A DNA stretch of 64,000 nucleotides from Pseudomonadota bacterium. GTDB taxonomy: Bacteria; Bdellovibrionota; Bdellovibrionia; Bdellovibrionales; SG-bin7. Below are positions 58,405-64,000 of the stretch, one piece after another. The stretch covers positions 15,647 through 79,646 of the forward strand of contig JAWXAY010000033.1 of the NCBI GenBank assembly GCA_034439715.1, written 5' to 3'. How positions within the stretch are numbered: position 1 is the first letter of the stretch; each line of letters starts with the position of its first letter. A program made the position numbers and the translations under genes. The notes beneath the pieces were generated by a model. That model was not told the origin of the DNA. It made no database searches and worked only from the letters and a program-made list of their open reading frames with translations.

Positions 58405-59301
58405 ATGAAAATCTTGTTTGTATTGCCCCTTCTTTTTTTGGCCTGTACTCGCGAAGAACCACCGCTAGGTTCCGAAAAAAACCCCGTAAAGTTGTTTTTC
58501 GTTCCTTCTATTGACACTAATCTCATTACTGAGAAGGCTCAAGATGTTAAGCGGTATCTAGAACAAGAAACTCCCTATAAATACAAAGTGTCGGTCCCTA
58601 ATAGCTACATTGCGGTCGTAGAGGCCTTTGGAACCAAACGCGCTGATGTTTCTACCCTAAATACCTTTTCTTATATCTTGGCTTACGAAAAATATGGCAC
58701 CCAGGCTCTTATTACCACTATTAGATTTGGTAAGCCCACTTATCAGGGACAAATTATTGCTAGAGCTGACAGCAAAGTCAAAACTATCAAAGACATTGCG
58801 GGTAAGAGATTTGCCTTTGTTGATCCCGCGTCGACTTCGGGCTACCTCTTACCAAAAAAACTTTTTATTGATAACCACATCAAGCCATCAGAAACAGTCT
58901 TTGCACAAAAACACGATAATGTTGTGACCATGGTATATAACAAACAAGTCGACGCGGGCGCTACTTACCATACACCTAGCGAAAACGGTAAAATCAATGA
59001 TGCGAGAAAGCTAGTAAAGACCCAGTTTCCCGATGTTGAAGAAAAAGTAAAAATTATTTACCTCACAGAACCCATTCCTAACGACCCCATAGTTTTTAGA
59101 AAAGATCTGCCAGAAGAAATGAAAAACATTATTGCCGATGCCTTTATTAAGTATGTGACTACGAGTTCTGGCAAAGACACCTTAAATGCCATTTTTAGTA
59201 TAACCGCACTCAAGAGATCGACTGATAAAGATTATGATGAGGTTCGAATTATGTTAAAGAAACTAGGCGAAACCGCTGAAGGTATGATAAAAAAGCAGTG
59301 A
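58405..59301 (+). CDS. phnD: Phosphate/phosphite/phosphonate ABC transporter substrate-binding lipoprotein (start moved from 58261 to 58405)
   Basis: Lipobox LFLAC; AFVDPASTSGYLLP, HDNV, VDAGAT, PIPND. Confidence 0.85.
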   Translation: MKILFVLPLLFLACTREEPPLGSEKNPVKLFFVPSIDTNLITEKAQDVKRYLEQETPYKYKVSVPNSYIAVVEAFGTKRADVSTLNTFSYILAYEKYGTQALITTIRFGKPTYQGQIIARADSKVKTIKDIAGKRFAFVDPASTSGYLLPKKLFIDNHIKPSETVFAQKHDNVVTMVYNKQVDAGATYHTPSENGKINDARKLVKTQFPDVEEKVKIIYLTEPIPNDPIVFRKDLPEEMKNIIADAFIKYVTTSSGKDTLNAIFSITALKRSTDKDYDEVRIMLKKLGETAEGMIKKQ

Positions 59302-60068
59302 TGAATCCACTGTTATCAATCAAGAATCTTAAAAAGACTTATCCCAATGGAGTGGAGGCACTTAAAGGTGTGTCGCTCAGCGTGCAGCCTGGTGAGTTTT
59401 TAGTGGTTATTGGTTTAAGTGGTTCGGGTAAATCCACTTTATTAAAATGCGTCAATCATCTCATTGACCCCAGCGCCGGTGAAATAATTTTTAATGGCAA
59501 AGACATCACTCATGCTAAAGGTGAAGAGGTTCAACAAATTCGTCAGCAAATGGCGATGATTTTTCAAAGTTTTAATTTGGTCGAGAGACATTCGGTAATT
59601 AGTAATGTGCTGATGGGCTCTCTTTCGCGTACTCCAATCTTAAAAAGTATTTTAGGTTTTTTTTCGACGGCAGAAAAAGCTAAAGCTATGGATTACCTAA
59701 AGTTAGTGGGAATTGACGATCAGGCCTATTATCGTGCCGGACAACTTTCTGGTGGTCAGAAGCAGCGGGTAGCGGTGGCGCGGGCACTTATGCAAAATCC
59801 GAAAATACTTTTGGCAGACGAACCGGTGGCAAGTCTCGACCCAGCTACCTGCCATGTCGTGATGGACTATTTAAAAAAGATAAATAAGGAGTTGGGGTTG
59901 ACGATTATTTGCAATCTACATTTTTTGAGCCTGGTCAGACAGTACGCTACTCGAGTAGTCGCTTTAAAAAATGGAAGTCTGGTTTATGAAGGGTCGCCGC
60001 AAGAAATAGACGAAAAATGGTTTGAAAAAATTTACGGCGAAGGGGCAAAGCAAGTTCATGTTCGGTAA
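59298..60068 (+). CDS. phnC: Phosphonate ABC transporter ATP-binding protein
   Basis: GLSGSGKST, LSGGQKQRVAVARAL, LADEPVASLDP, NLH. Confidence 0.9.
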   Translation: MMNPLLSIKNLKKTYPNGVEALKGVSLSVQPGEFLVVIGLSGSGKSTLLKCVNHLIDPSAGEIIFNGKDITHAKGEEVQQIRQQMAMIFQSFNLVERHSVISNVLMGSLSRTPILKSILGFFSTAEKAKAMDYLKLVGIDDQAYYRAGQLSGGQKQRVAVARALMQNPKILLADEPVASLDPATCHVVMDYLKKINKELGLTIICNLHFLSLVRQYATRVVALKNGSLVYEGSPQEIDEKWFEKIYGEGAKQVHVR

Positions 60069-61098
60069 AAATAGCTATCTTTACAAAGCCACTCTATTTG
60101 ATGCCATTGTCTTTGCCTATCTGAGTACGTTGCTTTTATTTGGGATTTTTTCTCCCTCAGAAGAAAACCTTCTGGATCTGAAAACAAACTTTCAAATAGA
60201 GTTCGCTCTTTTACTTCTCGGCCTTTTTACAAGTCTTACGCTCGCAAAGTTTAAAATTAAAACTTTGGGTATCGCTATTTTTGAGCCTCCTCATAAAAAA
60301 ACGCAAGGTTTGGCTGTCCCATTTTACAAAACGTTTTGGGGTGTTGTATTGCTCACTGCCTTTTCGGTGACTTGTTACGTGGGTATTAGAGTCACTGAAT
60401 TTAGTTTCTATGAGTTAACTAACCGCGAAGGTTTTGGAGGAGCCGTCAGGCTGATTAAAGGGATTTTTAGTCCAAATTTTAAAGTTTTGCCTCGCGCTAT
60501 TTTAGAAATTATTGAGACTGTTTACATCGCGTTTGTGGCGACCGTCTTGGCTGTGCCGCTGGCGTTTATACTTAGTTTTTTCTGCGCCAAGAATATGATG
60601 AGTGGCTCTGTGGGCACAAAATTCGTTTATACGCTCTTGCGTGGATTTTTTAATATTCTGCGTTCGGTAGAACCCATCATTTGGGCAATAATTTTTTCCG
60701 TTTGGGTGGGAATTGGGCCTTTTGCCGGGATGTTGGCTCTGATGCTTCACACGGTGGCGAGTTTGGCCAAACAATACTCAGAACAAATTGAGTGTATTGA
60801 CGACGGCCCGGTCGAGGGAATTCAAGCCACAGGGGCATCGTTTATTCAAGTGCTGTGGTTTGCGGTGGTACCACAGATCACGCTTCCCTATGTTGCCTTT
60901 ACGATTTTTCGCTGGGACATTAATGTGCGAATGGCTACGATTATTGGCCTCGTCGGCGGAGGCGGCATCGGTGACATGCTCATTCAATATCAAGGACAAG
61001 CGATGTGGGAAGAGGTGGGGTGTATTGCACTAGTTATAGTTTCAGTCGTTTGGATCATGGATACCGCATCCGCTTATATTCGCGACGCAATTAAGTAA
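60058..61098 (+). CDS. phnE: Phosphonate ABC transporter permease with N-terminal membrane extension (start moved from 60022 to 60058)
   Basis: RSVEPIIWA, GPFAG, IDDGPVE, RWDINVR, GLVGGGGIG. Confidence 0.88.
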   Translation: MFGKNSYLYKATLFDAIVFAYLSTLLLFGIFSPSEENLLDLKTNFQIEFALLLLGLFTSLTLAKFKIKTLGIAIFEPPHKKTQGLAVPFYKTFWGVVLLTAFSVTCYVGIRVTEFSFYELTNREGFGGAVRLIKGIFSPNFKVLPRAILEIIETVYIAFVATVLAVPLAFILSFFCAKNMMSGSVGTKFVYTLLRGFFNILRSVEPIIWAIIFSVWVGIGPFAGMLALMLHTVASLAKQYSEQIECIDDGPVEGIQATGASFIQVLWFAVVPQITLPYVAFTIFRWDINVRMATIIGLVGGGGIGDMLIQYQGQAMWEEVGCIALVIVSVVWIMDTASAYIRDAIK

Positions 61099-61223
61099 TT
61101 CACGTAGGCGCCATGCCGCAAAATGAGATTTCTCATTTTGGATCTGGCACCCTTAGCTCTTGTAAAAAACTTCGACAAAATTCATTAACTAATTATCATT
61201 TACCAAGAATGCGCCATGTCTAC

Positions 61224-61250
61224 TAAAGTCCAGCATTGAACTACCGATAG
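61224..61250 (+). promoter_or_regulatory. FliA/sigma28-like promoter
   Basis: TAAA-N15-ACCGATAG upstream of 61282. Confidence 0.65.
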
Positions 61251-61281
61251 GTCTAGAGACGAGGAATAAAGGGGAATTTCT

Positions 61282-62088
61282 ATGCAGACTGAGTTCTACA
61301 TCTTTGTAAATGGTAAACAGATGGGTCCCTACCCGATGGGCGATGTCGTGAAAATGATTGAGTCCCGACAAGTGGATCCCAGCGACTATATTTATGTGGA
61401 AGAAAAATCCGACTGGGTTTTTCTGATGGACTTTGAACCTTTAAAAAATAAAGGGACCGGCTTAGGTAGCAAAAAACCCAACACCAAACCAAAATCTGAG
61501 ACACTCATACAGAGCGAAGCGACGGACCCACACGAATGGTATATTCTAAAAGGGGAAAACCGCACAGGTCCCTTTGCATTAATTGATTTGGTAAAAATGT
61601 TGCAAGAGAAAAGTCTGTACGAATACGAATATATTTGGCAACCAGGAATGGAAAGCTGGCAAAGAGTAGCCGAGGTCAGTGATTTTAAACCAGACAAAAT
61701 TCGCGATTTAAAACGTTCCAAAGATTCTTCACTAACAGAAGTGTTCTTTAGACGTAGACATGCCCGAGCCCCGTTTGGAGGCTCTATTGTTGTCCATGAC
61801 AATCAAAAAGTCTGGAAAGGGCAGGGATTTGAAATCAGTTCGGGCGGTGCCGGAATCATTATGGAGCATTCGATGATTGTTCCAAGTCAAGTTCTCTATC
61901 TTCATTTCAAGCCAGAGGATGCCGTGCCACCGTTCAACGCCGTAGTCGAAGTTGTCAGCAAAAGATTTTTAAAGAGCGTAAAACACAAAGATCAAACCAT
62001 TCATTACGGAGTTAAGTTTACAAGTATTGGAGAAAAAGCCTTAGGTCATTTAAACGACTTTACGCAAAAAGGAAGAAGGGCTTCTTAG
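61282..62088 (+). CDS. Tandem GYF_2 (DUF4339) plus PilZ domain protein
   Basis: Two GPY/GPF...W repeats; RRRHAR and EISSGG PilZ c-di-GMP motifs. Confidence 0.85.
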   Translation: MQTEFYIFVNGKQMGPYPMGDVVKMIESRQVDPSDYIYVEEKSDWVFLMDFEPLKNKGTGLGSKKPNTKPKSETLIQSEATDPHEWYILKGENRTGPFALIDLVKMLQEKSLYEYEYIWQPGMESWQRVAEVSDFKPDKIRDLKRSKDSSLTEVFFRRRHARAPFGGSIVVHDNQKVWKGQGFEISSGGAGIIMEHSMIVPSQVLYLHFKPEDAVPPFNAVVEVVSKRFLKSVKHKDQTIHYGVKFTSIGEKALGHLNDFTQKGRRAS

Positions 62089-62201
62089 TTTTTAAAATTT
62101 AAGTCTGTAGCGAGAATTGCTCACGTCTGTTGGATGTACTCTCCGAGCCTAAAATAATATTTTTTAGCAACCTGCGATATATGGGTTGGGAGTGTACACA
62201 A

Positions 62202-63164
62202 GTGAAACGATTATTAATTAGTGCAACTATTCTAGCTTTTTTAGCACTGCAGATGTCCTGCGCTGCTCAAAAATTTGGTTTAGCGCCTGAAGCTGACAAG
62301 TATAATGCGACAGTCACTTGGAACAACAAAATCGATATTCTTTGGATCATCGATAACACACCTTCAATGCAACAACATCAAACAATTTTAGCCAACCAGA
62401 TCGGCGCTTTTGCTGACGGTCTTAGCACGCGCAATTTAGATTTTCATTTAGGGGTTACAACTTCTAATATCTCTACTGACGGTGAGCGCGGTAAGCTCAT
62501 CGGCAACCCCAAAGTATTGACTGGCTCAACTCCCAATTTTCGCAATCAGTTTGTAAGCCGGGTAGTGCTACCTGAGGTCGATCATTATGAACAAGGTTTG
62601 GGCGCCATGAAAAAGGCCATAGAGATTGGTTCCAACGACAATGCTGGATTTTTTAGAGCTGACGCATTTTTAGTGGTGGTGGTGTTTTCGAATGAGGATG
62701 ACCACAGTGAGGGAAATGCTCAAGACTATATTAATTTTTTAGAAAGCTACAAAAAACCCACCCAGTTTGGTGAGAGAATGTGGACCTTTCACACCTTAGC
62801 GGTTATGGGAACTGCGGGCGAAGGCTGTTCTACCAACGGTCAATTTACAGAGCCTGGCTACGAATACATGGGCATGACCAACTTTTCGGGTGGCATTAAA
62901 ACTAGCATTTGTGTATCCGACTTCAAACAAGCACTTTCAGGAATCGAAAAGAAATTATGGGATTCAACCGCCAAGTTTATTTTGGATCGAATTCCAGTGG
63001 TAGAATCAATCGAAGTTCGAATTAATGGGGAATTAGTTCCTAATGACGCTGTCAACGGTTGGACTTATCACGAAGAAGATAACTCAATTCGGCTTCATGG
63101 CACAAGTGTGGCCCGAATCGATTCTAGTTTAACAATTAATTATAATCCGACTACGGCCAAATAA
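62202..63164 (+). CDS. VWA-domain lipoprotein (start moved from 62130 to GTG 62202)
   Basis: Lipobox QMSC; IDILWIIDNTPSM MIDAS-like motif, EQGL, FSNEDD, SICVSDF. Confidence 0.8.
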   Translation: MKRLLISATILAFLALQMSCAAQKFGLAPEADKYNATVTWNNKIDILWIIDNTPSMQQHQTILANQIGAFADGLSTRNLDFHLGVTTSNISTDGERGKLIGNPKVLTGSTPNFRNQFVSRVVLPEVDHYEQGLGAMKKAIEIGSNDNAGFFRADAFLVVVVFSNEDDHSEGNAQDYINFLESYKKPTQFGERMWTFHTLAVMGTAGEGCSTNGQFTEPGYEYMGMTNFSGGIKTSICVSDFKQALSGIEKKLWDSTAKFILDRIPVVESIEVRINGELVPNDAVNGWTYHEEDNSIRLHGTSVARIDSSLTINYNPTTAK

Positions 63165-63173
63165 GGGGGACCC

Positions 63174-63917
63174 ATGTTAGAAGGTATCAAGGAATTTATT
63201 AAGATATTAGACGATGGCGGAGTAACATCGTACCTCATAGTTTTGATGGGAGTACTCGCACTAGGCATTATGTTAGAACGAGTTCGCGCTCTCTATTTTA
63301 CCTATGCAATTAACGCCCAAGAGTTTATGACTCATGTAAAGGCGTTAGTTCAAAACGATCAATTAGAAGAAGCAATTACACATTGCTCGGGCAAAGAAGA
63401 AATCCCTCTTGTGGCGGTAGTAAAAAGAATCTTAGAACGATCTGATCGTGACGATGAGTCAATTGAAAAGGGCCAAGAAATCGCCATTGCCGAAGTTATG
63501 CCTCAGATTGGAAAAAGGCTTGGTTATCTCTCGATGATTGCCAACGTCTCCACACTTTTAGGTTTGTTGGGAACGATTCAAGGAATGATTATGGCTTTCT
63601 CCGCTGTCTCAGCAGCTGATCCCACCCAAAAACAAAGAATTCTTTCCGAAGGTATTTCGATGGCCATGTATACAACCGCCTTCGGACTGTGCGTGGCTAT
63701 TCCCGTGATGGTGGTCTACTCATTCTTGTTTGCAAAACAGAACAGACACTTTGAAGAAATCATTGAGAATTCTTCAAAAGTTGTGGACTGGCTTTCGACG
63801 AGACACTATCAGCCCTTCCACATTAATAATGTATTTCCGGCGAAAGCTGCACCTCAAGACAAAAATGGCAAAGGCGGACCGGCAGTACCTCCTTCTACAA
63901 AACAGAAAGTGGCATAA
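63174..63917 (+). CDS. MotA/TolQ/ExbB proton channel protein
   Basis: TLLGLLGTIQGMI, GISMAMYTTAFGL. Confidence 0.92.
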   Translation: MLEGIKEFIKILDDGGVTSYLIVLMGVLALGIMLERVRALYFTYAINAQEFMTHVKALVQNDQLEEAITHCSGKEEIPLVAVVKRILERSDRDDESIEKGQEIAIAEVMPQIGKRLGYLSMIANVSTLLGLLGTIQGMIMAFSAVSAADPTQKQRILSEGISMAMYTTAFGLCVAIPVMVVYSFLFAKQNRHFEEIIENSSKVVDWLSTRHYQPFHINNVFPAKAAPQDKNGKGGPAVPPSTKQKVA

Positions 63918-63926
63918 GGAAAAACA

Positions 63927-64000
63927 ATGGCAAAGAACCTAAGTCTCTTTAAAGCTGAGGAAGAATCGATAGAACTCGATATGGCACCATTGTTGTCACT
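63927..64000 (+). CDS. ExbD/TolR-family protein (5' fragment, truncated by window edge)
   Basis: AAGGA RBS; MAKNLSLFKAEEESIELDMAPLLS matches the ExbD xPxxD-proximal motif. Confidence 0.7.
   Translation, partial: MAKNLSLFKAEEESIELDMAPLLS

Noticed and set aside
26710-62201. Longest-ORF starts for rhodanese, gcvP, PfkB kinase, pgi, ECF sigma, phnD, phnE and VWA lipoprotein
   Set aside because: Downstream starts have better RBSs, proper signal peptides or avoid long overlaps; coordinates were adjusted.

Overview
64 kb of mostly core chromosome from a bacterium that is very probably a Bdellovibrionota (inferred from an FQNC-type lipoprotein, an FHA-GGDEF DgcB-like cyclase next to pgi, a tandem GYF_2-PilZ protein, prepilin-like proteins and a Y1/HUH transposase of a type common in that phylum). 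Housekeeping genes include folD, gcvT/gcvH/gcvP, mtnP, epmA, mutT, pyrD, gdhA, rfaE1, rlmN, pgi, phnDCE and an ExbB/ExbD pair. Three accessory features stand out. (1) A small islet after tRNA-Leu(TAG) holds hicAB, a pilin-like gene broken by two compensating homopolymer frameshifts, an IS91-family transposase remnant and a sigma54-type secreted protein. (2) A 3546-aa giant surface protein has five ~500-aa beta-rich repeats fused to a gingipain-like C25 cysteine peptidase with an intact His/Cys dyad and a Cys/Gly-TM-basic C-terminal anchor. (3) Three paralogous secreted amphipathic-helical proteins of no family I recognise share a disulfide-type C-terminal motif. Several FliA/sigma28-like and two sigma54-like promoters are readable. 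No CRISPR array, rRNA, integrase or prophage was seen. All family assignments come from motif recognition by eye; no database search was run.
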